Shown: positions 1 through 10,460, numbered from the stretch's first letter. The stretch is 64,000 nt of DNA from Nanobdellota archaeon (GCA_030648155.1 JAUSIK010000002.1:17205-81204); one strand, 5' to 3'. The notes: generated by a model not told the origin, from the letters alone. Numbers and translations: made by a program.

Positions 1-1
1 T

Positions 2-3000
2 CAAGGATCTGGTTTAGTTGGTCATGAATTAGGACATGCATTCGGATATCTTTCAGATGAATATGACTTCCCTAGTTGGTGTGATGCAGATGATAGGAAA
101 CAAAATACTAATCCTACTGGAACTATGAAATCACCTAATGTTTATCATGCTTCAGAAGCAACCAATAATCCAATTTCATGTGAACAAAATTCAGACTGGA
201 ATTATTTAGTTGGAACATGTTTTACTTCAAATAGAATTTATTTCAACAATTGTCCCAATCCATATACAAAGATATCATGTTACGAAGGAAATTTATTTTG
301 TTATGAAACAAGCACATTAAAGACCTATTTATGGAGACCAGCCGATAAAACAATTATGGCTAAGGCATTACTCGATGGAATGTCTATGGTCGACATTACT
401 GCAGTATGTAGAAATTTTGAAAGTTTATACTTTGGCCAGCGATTAGGGGTCTGCAATAACATCTGTGTAGATGGTTGTCCTTCGGGATATAAATGCGCAG
501 ATGGGGGAGGCCTTATAGGGGTGTGCAAAGATTCATTTGGTGTTGCATGTCCAGATGCCGATGCTGATAAAATCTGTGATGTTGAAGATAATTGCAAAAA
601 CATTGCAAATCAAAATCAATTTGACTTTGACAGAGATAATATCGGAGATCTTTGTGATAATGATCTTGATGGAGATACGTATAAAAAAGATTCCTCTCCA
701 GTTGATTGCAACGATAATGATCCGAGTATCTATCCAGGAAATGGGTGCAGTTCTTGTGTTCCACAACCGGAAGTATGTAATGGACTTGATGAAGATTGTG
801 ACAATATAGCAGATGATGGAGGAAATTTAAATTGTGCCGGCACAAATTCAATTTGTTCAGCTGGATCATGTGTTCAGTGCGTAACTAGTTCCCAATGCAA
901 TGATAATAATCCCTGCACAGAAGATCTATGTTCAGCTGGATCATGTGCATTTCCAAACAATAATGCAAATTCTTGTTCAGACGGTTTATTCTGTAATGGT
1001 GTAGAAAGTTGTTCAGCAGGCTCTTGTGTAAGAACCTCTTTAAATCTAGATGATGGAAAAACATGCACATCCGACACTTGTGATGATGTTAATGATATAA
1101 TAGTTCATACAATCAATAACGCATTATGTCAAAATGGATTGTTCTGCGATGGGGCAGAAATTTGTGAACCAAGTTCACCATCAAGCAATTCATTTTCAGG
1201 ATGCCGAGCTGGCACATCTATAATATGCAATGATGGAGTACAATGCACAGCAGATGAATGTTTCGAGGGTGCAGATGGAGGAACAGACAATAATGGCCAA
1301 TGCATTGCTTACACCAATACATGCACTGGCTGTACCCTAGATTCCCAATGTAATGATAATAATCCCTGTACAAACGATGCTTGCAATGCCGGATCTTGTG
1401 TCAATACAATTAATAATGCAAATACATGCAACGATAATAAATTTTGCACTATTAATGATAGATGTTCAGAAGGATCATGTACTGGAGATGCTAGAAATGC
1501 AGAAGATGGAATTGCTTGTACACAAGATTCCTGCGATGAAACTTTAGGCCTAGTCCACACCCCAATTAATTCAAGATGTGATAACGGCCTTTATTGCGAT
1601 GGGTCTGAAATATGCAATGATGTTCAGGGTTGTATTGTTGGAACTCCAGTAGTTTGTAACGATGGCCAATCATGTACTACAGATACATGCAATGAAATAT
1701 TTAACAGGTGTTTATCAAGGTCTACTGATCTTGATGGAGACACCTATGGCATTTGTTCTGGTTCATCATTTGACTGTAATGATCAAGACGTTAATACCCA
1801 TCCTAATGCAGTTGAGTTATGCAACGGCATAAATGATAATTGTGATGGATTTATTGATGAAGGGTGTCCTATATGCGGGAATACTATAAAAGAAGGAACA
1901 GAGCAATGCGACGATGGAAATAATTTAGATGGAGACGGATGTTCATCAATTTGCGAGACTGAACTATTTTGTGTTTTAACGGATGCATATTGGAGCAATT
2001 TAAATGTAATAGAAGGAGAGTTATTAAGCATTACAATTGAAGGATCAAATTGCAATGGAAAGGTTATCGATTTAAATATTTATGAAAAAGATATTCCACT
2101 AGATGAAGATGATAACGCTAATATTAACCCTACAAGCATTACATTCGTAAATGGAATCGCAAATGGATTTTGGACTGCTGAATGGCAATGTGATGGTGAT
2201 TTTGGCGGTAAATGTAACTGGGGGGTTCCAGAATATTATTTCACCGCAACAGTTAGAAATGAAGGAACAACTATTGTCAGTTCATTGTTAAATGTAAATG
2301 AATTAAGTCCAACCTGTGGCAATGGTATTCCTCAAGGAACAGAACAATGCGATGATGGGAATAGTATAATTACAGATTCTTGTACTAATGTATGTGCTGA
2401 TGCAAAATGCGGAGATAATATTGTCTATGAAGGAGTCGAAGCATGTGATGGAAATTTAGTAACCTGTATTACATCTCAAGGTTATCAGGGAATTCAATCT
2501 TGTAAAACTGATTGCAGTGCCTTTAATTCTTGCATTGCAGTAGAATCATGTGGCGATGGAAGAATTAATGGAAATGAATTTTGCGATGATGGTGCATTGA
2601 ATGGTCAACCTACATATTGCAACTCACAATGCAAAGGAATTACCTCACCATTATGCGGAAATATAATAACTGAAATTGGAGAGACATGCGATGATGGAAA
2701 TACAATTAATAGTGATGCATGTACAAACTCTTGCATTAATGCAGTTTGTGGGGATAGTATAACAAGAACAGGTGTAGAAGAATGTGATGTAGGTACTAAT
2801 GGAAATTCGCAATGTACTTCAAGTTGTAAATTAACATTCTGTGGAGATGGTATAGTACAAAGTCCAAATGGAATTGGTGTAAATGAAATATGCGAAGGCA
2901 GTTCAACAGCCTGCAGTGTAAATGGATACAATGGAATATCAAGTTGTAATGGATTATGTACGGCTTATTCTTCATGTGTCCCTACAGAAAGATGCGGTGA

Positions 3001-4348
3001 TAGAATAATTCAAGCTTCTGCGGGCGAGACATGCGATGATTCTAACAATATCGATGGAGATGGTTGCAATGCTTTGTGTAAATTAGAAATTCTAGGACAA
3101 AAACCAACATTAAATGTTATTTCACCAATAAGTGTAGAATATAAAAATGTTCCAGTAGTTGTTGAATTTCTAGCATCAAATTCAGATGAATGTTGGATTT
3201 TATTAGATGGTATTAGGCAGGATAAGTCGTGCAATATTAAAGAAATTTTAATAATAAAGCCATCAGGATTTAATATTGTTGAAAATCACGATCTTGAAGT
3301 TTTCGCTAAAAATGCATTTGGTGAAATAGAACAAACAGTATTTTTCAGCATAATTTCTACCAGGCTAACTTCATTAAAATATAACGAGTTTAAAGGCATA
3401 GGAGAAACAACAAATCTCGATAACTTTAATGATTTGGAATTAGAATTAATAGATTTAATTTTAGATGATGGAATAAACGCAAAAATAAGATTCAATGAAA
3501 AAGTGAATCTAGTTTTAGGAGCAGTTAATAACCAATTGGATTTAGATGCAATGGTTGATATATCAGATAAAAAAATTAGTGTTGCAACATTACCAAACGC
3601 AAACCTAAATAAAAAAGCAACTTTAACATTTAGGAATATTAATTATAATGATCCTAAAGTTTTGAAAGATGGTATCGAATGTCCTGCAAGTGATTGCATT
3701 AAAGAAAGTTATACTTCTAATACCTTAGTAGTAAACGTAAACGGATTCTCGATATATACAATTGTTGAAGGTCAGCCAAGCGGTGTAACAAATCCTCCTC
3801 CAAGTGATTCTGGAAATCCTGGAAGTGGGGATACAGGAGATGGTGGTGGATCAGGTGGAGACACAACCCAGGTTAAAAAAGTAGAACCTAAAGAAGAAAA
3901 TAAAAATCCAATAATAGAGGTTATTAATGCAGAAGGAGAAGAAATAAATGTAATTACAATTATCTCATCTGAATCATCTTCCTCTTTAGAAATAGAAGAC
4001 GGAAAAAGGATAATTTTAGAAATAGAAGAAACTTCACAGCAATATATAATTGACTTTACAATTAATGAAGGTAAAATCAATCTCAATATAGTAGGAGAAA
4101 ACAGAAATTATAACATTCTTCCTGAAGAAATAACCCCTGTTAGAATTGGGGATAAAGAATTATATGTGGGTATAAAAACTTCTGATGTGAACAATGCAGT
4201 CTTAGTGATAGGATCTAACAGCCAGCTGGTTGAGGAAAGTATTCAGACAATTAGGAGTAGTCTTATAAAATATTTATTGGTATTTATAATAATAGTTTTA
4301 ATACTCTCAATAATATTTTTAATCTTTAAGTATACCAAGAAAAGCTAA
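2..4348 (+). CDS. Giant Cys-rich membrane-anchored surface protein, 5'-truncated by the window, with an M64-like zinc peptidase motif, a thrombospondin type 3-like repeat, MopE-like metal-binding repeats and myxobacterial-type CGNxxxExxEqCDDGN repeats
   Basis: The frame is open from nt 2 (QGSGLVGHELGHAFGYLSDEY...) into the ORF at 125. It contains DADADKICDVEDNC...DFDRDNIGDLCD, DCNDNDPSIYPG..EVCNGLDEDCD, CNDNNPCTxDxC and CGNxxxEGTEQCDDGN repeats, then a Pro/Gly linker and a C-terminal TM helix with a basic tail. Confidence 0.85.
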   Translation, partial: QGSGLVGHELGHAFGYLSDEYDFPSWCDADDRKQNTNPTGTMKSPNVYHASEATNNPISCEQNSDWNYLVGTCFTSNRIYFNNCPNPYTKISCYEGNLFCYETSTLKTYLWRPADKTIMAKALLDGMSMVDITAVCRNFESLYFGQRLGVCNNICVDGCPSGYKCADGGGLIGVCKDSFGVACPDADADKICDVEDNCKNIANQNQFDFDRDNIGDLCDNDLDGDTYKKDSSPVDCNDNDPSIYPGNGCSSCVPQPEVCNGLDEDCDNIADDGGNLNCAGTNSICSAGSCVQCVTSSQCNDNNPCTEDLCSAGSCAFPNNNANSCSDGLFCNGVESCSAGSCVRTSLNLDDGKTCTSDTCDDVNDIIVHTINNALCQNGLFCDGAEICEPSSPSSNSFSGCRAGTSIICNDGVQCTADECFEGADGGTDNNGQCIAYTNTCTGCTLDSQCNDNNPCTNDACNAGSCVNTINNANTCNDNKFCTINDRCSEGSCTGDARNAEDGIACTQDSCDETLGLVHTPINSRCDNGLYCDGSEICNDVQGCIVGTPVVCNDGQSCTTDTCNEIFNRCLSRSTDLDGDTYGICSGSSFDCNDQDVNTHPNAVELCNGINDNCDGFIDEGCPICGNTIKEGTEQCDDGNNLDGDGCSSICETELFCVLTDAYWSNLNVIEGELLSITIEGSNCNGKVIDLNIYEKDIPLDEDDNANINPTSITFVNGIANGFWTAEWQCDGDFGGKCNWGVPEYYFTATVRNEGTTIVSSLLNVNELSPTCGNGIPQGTEQCDDGNSIITDSCTNVCADAKCGDNIVYEGVEACDGNLVTCITSQGYQGIQSCKTDCSAFNSCIAVESCGDGRINGNEFCDDGALNGQPTYCNSQCKGITSPLCGNIITEIGETCDDGNTINSDACTNSCINAVCGDSITRTGVEECDVGTNGNSQCTSSCKLTFCGDGIVQSPNGIGVNEICEGSSTACSVNGYNGISSCNGLCTAYSSCVPTERCGDRIIQASAGETCDDSNNIDGDGCNALCKLEILGQKPTLNVISPISVEYKNVPVVVEFLASNSDECWILLDGIRQDKSCNIKEILIIKPSGFNIVENHDLEVFAKNAFGEIEQTVFFSIISTRLTSLKYNEFKGIGETTNLDNFNDLELELIDLILDDGINAKIRFNEKVNLVLGAVNNQLDLDAMVDISDKKISVATLPNANLNKKATLTFRNINYNDPKVLKDGIECPASDCIKESYTSNTLVVNVNGFSIYTIVEGQPSGVTNPPPSDSGNPGSGDTGDGGGSGGDTTQVKKVEPKEENKNPIIEVINAEGEEINVITIISSESSSSLEIEDGKRIILEIEETSQQYIIDFTINEGKINLNIVGENRNYNILPEEITPVRIGDKELYVGIKTSDVNNAVLVIGSNSQLVEESIQTIRSSLIKYLLVFIIIVLILSIIFLIFKYTKKS

Positions 4349-4629
4349 TAAAAATACTATTTTTCCAAATTTTTAATTGTTAATTTATACATTTCTTTTT
4401 GTAAACCCAAAGTGTTAAGTCCAATTTATAATTTAACCCCATCCTTAATCTGCAATCATATATCCATCAGCACAATATTATGGATAATTAGAGCTTATCG
4501 AATTTTAAATATCTAATTTTGAGTGCATTTGCATATATTTTTGATTTTAATCTTTGTGTAAAACATTAAGTTAAGAGGTTTACTTTACCCAAAGGCAAGT
4601 TTTAAAAAGCCTTCTTTTCTAAAAGTAAT

Positions 4630-4926
4630 ATGAAAGGAATAGTAGTTCAATTTAGACGAGGAAGGCGTAATATACATGAAAGGCATTTTCTATTAGATTT
4701 AGGGTTTTCTAGTAGGGAAGAAGCTAAGAAAATGGGTGGAAAAGACGTAGTTTGGAGAAGCCCTGCAGGAAAAGAAATAAAGGGAAAAATATCGGATGCT
4801 CATGGAAATAAAGGATTAGTGAGGGCAATTTTTGAAAGAGGCCTTCCTGGACAGGCAGTAACAACTGATATTGAAGTTTCAGAATCTCCAGTCAAAGAAA
4901 CCAAAAAGTCAAAGGAGGCAAAGTAA
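4630..4926 (+). CDS. rpl35ae: 50S ribosomal protein L35Ae
   Basis: GIVVQFRRG...GKEIKGKISDAHGNKGLVRAIFERGLPGQA matches the L35Ae pattern. Confidence 0.93.
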   Translation: MKGIVVQFRRGRRNIHERHFLLDLGFSSREEAKKMGGKDVVWRSPAGKEIKGKISDAHGNKGLVRAIFERGLPGQAVTTDIEVSESPVKETKKSKEAK

Positions 4927-5493
4927 ATGGCACTAAGAAAAGCATCCGCATATTCAAAGAAAAGAGCACGCCCATTCACTAGAAGATCAAGATCTAAGAA
5001 AAAAGCATATATCAAAACAGTTCCTACAATAAAGATAGCGAAGTTCCACATGGGAAATCTTAAGGCATTCCAAGAAGGTAAGCACACTTATATGGTTAAA
5101 TTAATTGCAGACGAAAGAGTTCAAATTAGAGATAATTCTTTAGAAGCTTGTAGAATGTATGTTAATAAAATGCTTGATAAGAATGCTCTAGGGCAGTATT
5201 ATTTTGCAGTTAATGTTTATCCCCATCATATTCTTAGAGAAAATAAAACAGCTGCTGGAGCTGGTGCTGACCGTTTATCTAGCGGTATGAAACATTCTTA
5301 TGGAATTACAATTGGCCGAGCAGCTATCGTAAATGCAGGAAAAGATGTTTTCTTTATTTCATGTGAAAATGAAAAATCAGCTCGTGTTGCAAGAGATGCA
5401 TTGCAGGATATCAAGGCAAAACTTCCATGCAGATCTAGAATATTATTCCAAAAAGTTCAATCTAAGATTCCAGTTCCTGCAGTTCAGAAGTAA
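4927..5493 (+). CDS. rpl10e: 50S ribosomal protein L10e (uL16)
   Basis: QIRDNSLEACR, VYPHHILRENK, GAGADRLSSGMKHSYG, KAKLP. Confidence 0.96.
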   Translation: MALRKASAYSKKRARPFTRRSRSKKKAYIKTVPTIKIAKFHMGNLKAFQEGKHTYMVKLIADERVQIRDNSLEACRMYVNKMLDKNALGQYYFAVNVYPHHILRENKTAAGAGADRLSSGMKHSYGITIGRAAIVNAGKDVFFISCENEKSARVARDALQDIKAKLPCRSRILFQKVQSKIPVPAVQK

Positions 5494-5579
5494 AAAATAT
5501 ACTTCCCTTTTTTAAAAACAATTTATTCTTCAAATCACTATGTCTCTAGAAATAAAAATATTATTTCATTTCTGGGTTT

Positions 5580-5691
5580 AATACCCCGATGCTCTGCATC
5601 TGCCAGAAATGAAATTAGAAATTCTCGAATCAAAAATTTCCGAATACCGCAGGGCTCTGCCCTGGTTCGATAGGAAATTTTAGAGAATTTC
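5580..5691. repeat. REP-like GC-rich palindromes, the second inside a long imperfect hairpin
   Basis: AATACCCC-GATGC-TCT-GCATC at ~5580 and AATACCG-CAGGGC-TCT-GCCCTG at ~5643 share a leader and a loop. The second sits inside the nested stems AGAAATTCTC/GAGAATTTCT and AAAATTTCC/GGAAATTTT. Confidence 0.6.
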
Positions 5692-5722
5692 TTTATTCAA
5701 TTCCTTAAAAATAGATGAATTC

Positions 5723-6027
5723 ATGCAGTTAAATATTCTAATAAATAATCATAATAAAGACCCCAGCAACATTATCAACGGCGGACATAATAGCCTTTAT
5801 ATTTCTAAAGAGAAATTTGAATAATTCGAAATTTAGAGAAGAATTTTCAAATTTCTTGTTAGAGAAGATTGTTATTATCTAATTTTGCAAACTTCTCTAA
5901 AGTAGGTAATTCATCATTAAATGATAATATGCAAGTTTACAACGATGTTGAATTAATTCTAAACAAAAGCAAACTCTCTAAAGAAAAATATCAAATATTA
6001 TGGTCCTCGATATATGAATTTGCCTAA
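5723..6027 (+). pseudogene. Small ORF (~70 aa if restored) interrupted by the 90-bp MITE-like element
   Basis: Removing 5809-5900 (element plus one copy of the 2-bp duplication) joins MQLNIL...SLYISK to VGNSSL...WSSIYEFA-stop in frame. Confidence 0.4.
5809..5898. mobile_element. 90-bp MITE-like element, family 1, copy 1
   Basis: Near-identical to 48343-48432. Imperfect 11-bp TIRs AGAGAAATTTG/CAAACTTCTCT, flanked by AA...AA. Confidence 0.75.
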
Positions 6028-6116
6028 TTCTCGTTTAAGAATATTCCTTTATAACCATCTTTATTCATTTTCTAGCATTCAATAATATTTATTAACTCAT
6101 TATTCCTTAACCTTAA

Positions 6117-8717
6117 ATGGTGAATAAAAAAGAGGGAGAAAGCAGTAATTCCAATCAATTTGTAAAATGGTTTTCTGAATTATCCAATAAAGATGTTCCA
6201 ATCGCAGGCGGTAAAGGGGCTAGTTTAGCTGAGATGTATAATAACAAATTTCCCGTCCCTCCAGGATTTATGATAACTGCACAAGCTTATCAATATTTCA
6301 TCGATAAATCTGGCCTTTTAGAAAAAATTAAACACACATTGCAGAATCTAAATATCGAAGACACAGATTCGTTGAATGAAGCAACAGAAAAAATTAGAGA
6401 ATCAATAAAAGGAGCATCAATGCCTAAAGAACTGGCAGACCAAATTTTAGAGGCTTATGATATTCTCGACGTAGATAAACAAAAAATTAATAATGCTGGG
6501 TATGGAGCACTTGGAATTCTTAAAACAGGCCACGAACCTCCTTTTGTAGCAGTTCGTTCTTCTGCAACAACAGAAGACCTGGCAGATGCAAGTTTTGCCG
6601 GCCAGCAAGATACCTTTCTTAATGTAAAAGGCGGGAGGGAATTGATTGACAAAGTAAAGGCATGTTTTGCTTCTTTATTCACTGCAAGAGCAACATATTA
6701 TCGTCAAAAAAAAGGATTTGCCCACGATAAAGCCTATTTAGCAGTCGTAGTTCAAAGAATGATTGATTCAGAAAAATCAGGAGTTATGTTCTCTCAAAAT
6801 CCTGTTAAGAATGACAACACCATTATAATAGAAGCAGTATGGGGTTTAGGAGAAGGAATAGTTTCTGGGCAGATAAAGCCCGATCATTATGCTGTTGGTG
6901 GTAACCTTGAAAATTTTGATATTAAAGAATCTCAAATTTCAGAGAAAAAAATAGCTATAGTACGAAACTCATCGGGGAATAACGAAACAGTTAAATTAAA
7001 TTCTGAAAGAAGCAAACAGCAGGTATTATCAAATTATGAAATTAAAAGATTGGCTCAATATGGCAAGGAGTTAGAGAACCATTATCAAAAGCCTCAAGAT
7101 ATTGAGTTTGCCATTGAAAGAAATGTAATTTATATAGTTCAATCTAGGCCAATCACAACAAAAGCTTCAGATAAAATACATGTCGATTTAAAAGGCGAAA
7201 TACTACTTTCAGGCTTAGGTGCCTCCCCAGGTGTAGCTTCAGGTGTAGTTAAAATAATTCACTCGATGGCTGACCTTCCTAAAATAAAACCAGGAGATGT
7301 TTTAGTTACAACTATGACAAACCCAGATATGGTTGTAGCAATGGAAAAAGCGTCAGCAATTGTTACTGATGAAGGTGGTCTAACTTCTCATGCATCTATA
7401 GTTTCTCGTGAAATGGGAATTCCAGCGGTAGTTGGTACGGGAGAAGCTACAATCAAACTAAAAGAAGGGCAAGTAATCACAATTGATGGTACCGCAGGAA
7501 AAGTATATAACGGCAAAGCAGAAACTCATCTAGCTGAAATTCTTCCAATAGTTCCAACAAAGACTAAAATAAAAGTCATTGTAGACCTTCCTGATTATGC
7601 AGAGAGAGCAGCAAAATCTCACGCCAAAGGAGTGGGCCTAGTAAGGTTAGAAGGAATAATTGCCTCATCAGGAAAACATCCTCTTAAATTCGTCAAAGAA
7701 AAAAACATGGAAGATTATGTAAATATACTAGTTAATGGCCTAAAAAAAATAGTCGCCCCATTTGAAGAAATTTGGGTAAGAAGTTCCGATATAAGATCTG
7801 ATGAATATAGAAATTTAGAGGGGGCTGTAAAAGAAGTTGAGGGCAACCCCATGCTTGGAGATCATGGAATTAGGTTCACCCTAAAATATCCAGAAATATT
7901 AAAAGCAGAATTAAAAGCAGTAAAATCAATTGCTCATTTAAATCCATCTAAAAAAATTGGATTTATGGTGCCTCAAGTAATTGAGCTTGAAGAATTACAA
8001 GCGACAAAATCTTTTGCCTCGCAAATTCAAATGCCCTCCAATATTAAAATAGGTATTATGGTGGAAACTCCTGCTGCGGTTCAAATTATAGAGTCTCTTT
8101 GCCAAGAAGGAATAGACTTTATTAGTTTTGGAACTAACGATTTAACTCAATATACATTAGCGTTAGATAGAAACAATAAAGATGTCCAGCATCTCTATAA
8201 TGAAATGAATCCAGCTGTGTTAAGTTCCATTGCCCATGTTATTAAAGTTTGCAAGAAATACAATGTAGAAACAAGTATATGCGGACAGGCAGCCAGCAGG
8301 GAAGAAATGGCACGCTTCCTTATCACACAAGGTATAAGCAGTTTATCTGTAAATGCAGATGCAGCATTTAAAATAAGTGAATTAGTTGCCAAATTGGAAT
8401 CCTCCCCTATTCAAGTGGAAAATATAGTTGAAAATCCAATAGAAAAAGAAGTTCTAAAAGAAGAAATGATTGAAGTTCCAATGCATGAACCTATTGCAGT
8501 AACTGCTTTTAAAACAGAAACTACTGATATTGAAGAGCTAGCTCTCCAAGAACTAGGGGATGAATATATGCCTGGCAATGTTGAATCTTCAAATGAAATA
8601 CCTGATTTAAATGATGCAATACCTATTGATTCAGAACTTCTTCAGCAGAAAGAAGAAAAAATAGAAGACCCTGGCCTTTCTCAAGATAAAGAGTGGCACG
8701 GCGAGGCCAACCCTTAA
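6117..8717 (+). CDS. ppsA: Phosphoenolpyruvate synthase (pyruvate, water dikinase) with an acidic C-terminal extension
   Basis: GGKGASLAEM, VAVRSSATTEDLADASFAGQQDTFLNV, phospho-His motif GGLTSHASIVSRE, SFGTNDLTQY, SICGQA. Confidence 0.95.
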   Translation: MVNKKEGESSNSNQFVKWFSELSNKDVPIAGGKGASLAEMYNNKFPVPPGFMITAQAYQYFIDKSGLLEKIKHTLQNLNIEDTDSLNEATEKIRESIKGASMPKELADQILEAYDILDVDKQKINNAGYGALGILKTGHEPPFVAVRSSATTEDLADASFAGQQDTFLNVKGGRELIDKVKACFASLFTARATYYRQKKGFAHDKAYLAVVVQRMIDSEKSGVMFSQNPVKNDNTIIIEAVWGLGEGIVSGQIKPDHYAVGGNLENFDIKESQISEKKIAIVRNSSGNNETVKLNSERSKQQVLSNYEIKRLAQYGKELENHYQKPQDIEFAIERNVIYIVQSRPITTKASDKIHVDLKGEILLSGLGASPGVASGVVKIIHSMADLPKIKPGDVLVTTMTNPDMVVAMEKASAIVTDEGGLTSHASIVSREMGIPAVVGTGEATIKLKEGQVITIDGTAGKVYNGKAETHLAEILPIVPTKTKIKVIVDLPDYAERAAKSHAKGVGLVRLEGIIASSGKHPLKFVKEKNMEDYVNILVNGLKKIVAPFEEIWVRSSDIRSDEYRNLEGAVKEVEGNPMLGDHGIRFTLKYPEILKAELKAVKSIAHLNPSKKIGFMVPQVIELEELQATKSFASQIQMPSNIKIGIMVETPAAVQIIESLCQEGIDFISFGTNDLTQYTLALDRNNKDVQHLYNEMNPAVLSSIAHVIKVCKKYNVETSICGQAASREEMARFLITQGISSLSVNADAAFKISELVAKLESSPIQVENIVENPIEKEVLKEEMIEVPMHEPIAVTAFKTETTDIEELALQELGDEYMPGNVESSNEIPDLNDAIPIDSELLQQKEEKIEDPGLSQDKEWHGEANP

Positions 8718-8756
8718 TAAGCTTATTTTGTTACTTCTCCATAGGCACAACAAACC

Positions 8757-8770
8757 GAAAAGTTTAAATA
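8757..8770 (+). promoter_or_regulatory. Archaeal BRE/TATA promoter, probably leaderless
   Basis: GAAAAGTTTAAATA just upstream of the ATG at 8792. The same layout occurs before 32253, 34544, 35041 and 52011. Confidence 0.6.
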
Positions 8771-8791
8771 CTGCATATCACTGCATAAAGT

Positions 8792-9589
8792 ATGACAAAT
8801 TTAGAGGACTTCATAAAGTTTACAAAGGAAGAGGAAGAAATCTCAAGACTAGTTGAAACTAAGCAAAAAGATTCAAGAGCAAGTGAAAAAGACAAGGCAG
8901 ACAAAGAATTAAGAAAAAGAGCATATGAAACATTGAAAGATATTGGCGAGCCAGGAATTGATTTTAGGACCGAAACAGCAGATACTATTAGTCCAAACTT
9001 TGTTCAAAAAGGAATACAAATTAGAACAACTCTAAATAGTGAAGATTCAGGACGAGTGTTTAAAGATAATACTGAAGACATTCTTAATACTATAAATCAA
9101 AACTCATTAGAAGAAATAGCTCTTGCAGAACCTATCTCTAAAAAAGGCGAAAAAGGGTATGATGAAGTATTATCGTTATATCAAGATTATCTTGGGAGAA
9201 AGAAATTAGTCGAAAGATATGAAAAAGGGCAAGTTAATGATCCAAGAGAATTACAGATAATTAGATCAGGTGGTGCCAAAAAGGCTGAAAATGAAATTAG
9301 AGAAAAACTAAAGAACAAAGGATATAGTAAAGATGCTCAGAATATGGCTGCAGATCTAGCAGAACTAGCAGCTAGAGAAGGATATATCAACGATAGATAT
9401 GTAAAAGAAGGAGCTGGGGAAATAGTTAAGGAAGCTGAAAAGAAATTAAGGGATTATGAAACCAGCAAAGATAAAAAAGTGATAGACTATGTTAAAGCCT
9501 CTGTAAAGAATCTAGCAAAAGGATCAACTGAAGAGTTTGAAACTGCAAGAGGATTAATCTATCAAGTAGAAACTAAAAAAGCCGCTTAA
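8792..9589 (+). CDS. Hypothetical charged helical protein
   Basis: 265-aa ORF with a promoter-like element. No family recognised. Confidence 0.75.
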   Translation: MTNLEDFIKFTKEEEEISRLVETKQKDSRASEKDKADKELRKRAYETLKDIGEPGIDFRTETADTISPNFVQKGIQIRTTLNSEDSGRVFKDNTEDILNTINQNSLEEIALAEPISKKGEKGYDEVLSLYQDYLGRKKLVERYEKGQVNDPRELQIIRSGGAKKAENEIREKLKNKGYSKDAQNMAADLAELAAREGYINDRYVKEGAGEIVKEAEKKLRDYETSKDKKVIDYVKASVKNLAKGSTEEFETARGLIYQVETKKAA

Positions 9590-9593
9590 TTTT

Positions 9594-10460
9594 TTATTTT
9601 TTCATTTCCAAAATTTGATCAATAATCTTTGTCATTTCCATCAAAAACTTTTCAGCAATGTCCTGCCATTTGTCAATATCTTCACCCTTAATTTCATGTA
9701 TTTCTCTATGGGTAATTCCTTTATGCAGGACATAAATATCTCTAAGTAGCCTAACATTTTCAATCTTAGTCATTCCTTTATCAACAAATTCTATCTTTAA
9801 CATTTTAGGAACATGTTCAGGGCTTGGAGGCAATGCACCCGCAGTAATTAACGCAGCCTGTGCAGCCTCAATCATTGTCCAATAAACTCCCTCGATAGAG
9901 CTTAAAATAGCAAGTTTGCTTCTTCCTAAATGTATTGGCGCTCTTTGCAATGCATTATAAACTGCTTCAGGAGTAGACCTTATTCTTCCTTGTATCAATA
10001 AAGATTTTAATGGGTTGAAAAATCCTCCGTAATCAATCAGTACCTCTCCATATCTTAATATATTTAGTACAACAGGATCGCCCTGCATTAAGTCCTGCCA
10101 CCACGTTGTTAACTTGATTGTATTAATATGCAATTCCCTAGGGTATCTTTGTGATGACATTAATTTTCCTAATTCTTCTCGGTACCACGCGATTAATTCC
10201 AAATCCCAATTAACAGCAGCATCGTCAATAATAAAAATAACATCAACATCAGATCCAGGTTTAGAATCATTTGTCGCTTGTGATCCAAACAAAACAGAAG
10301 CTTTAATCAGCCTGTCAAATTTTTTCTGCGCCTTTTCAGCAAAATCCATGGCTATTTCTTTATTATCAATAAGTTTTCTCTCTTGGAGAGGAAGAACTTT
10401 TACATCTTGTTCTTTTTTCTCTTCTCTCTTTTCAACTTTCTTCACCTTCTTCTTTGCCAT
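9594..10460 (-). CDS. Nucleotidyltransferase (MNT-like) domain fused to a HEPN-like helical domain
   Basis: LFGSQA...SDVDVIFIIDD (GS..DxD). The C-terminal YWTMIEAAQAAL...PPSPEHV is HEPN-like. Confidence 0.75.
   Translation of the reverse strand: MAKKKVKKVEKREEKKEQDVKVLPLQERKLIDNKEIAMDFAEKAQKKFDRLIKASVLFGSQATNDSKPGSDVDVIFIIDDAAVNWDLELIAWYREELGKLMSSQRYPRELHINTIKLTTWWQDLMQGDPVVLNILRYGEVLIDYGGFFNPLKSLLIQGRIRSTPEAVYNALQRAPIHLGRSKLAILSSIEGVYWTMIEAAQAALITAGALPPSPEHVPKMLKIEFVDKGMTKIENVRLLRDIYVLHKGITHREIHEIKGEDIDKWQDIAEKFLMEMTKIIDQILEMKK

Noticed and set aside
325..4086. Many short antisense and alternate-frame ORFs within the giant surface gene (also inside ppsA, the TIM-barrel gene and the pilin-like genes)
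   Set aside because: They are shadows of long coding frames with biased codon use and have no independent motifs.
5494..6116. tRNA or other known structural RNA in the long intergenic gap (contains GGTTCGA)
   Set aside because: No cloverleaf can be built around it. The structure is better explained by hairpin elements and a MITE.
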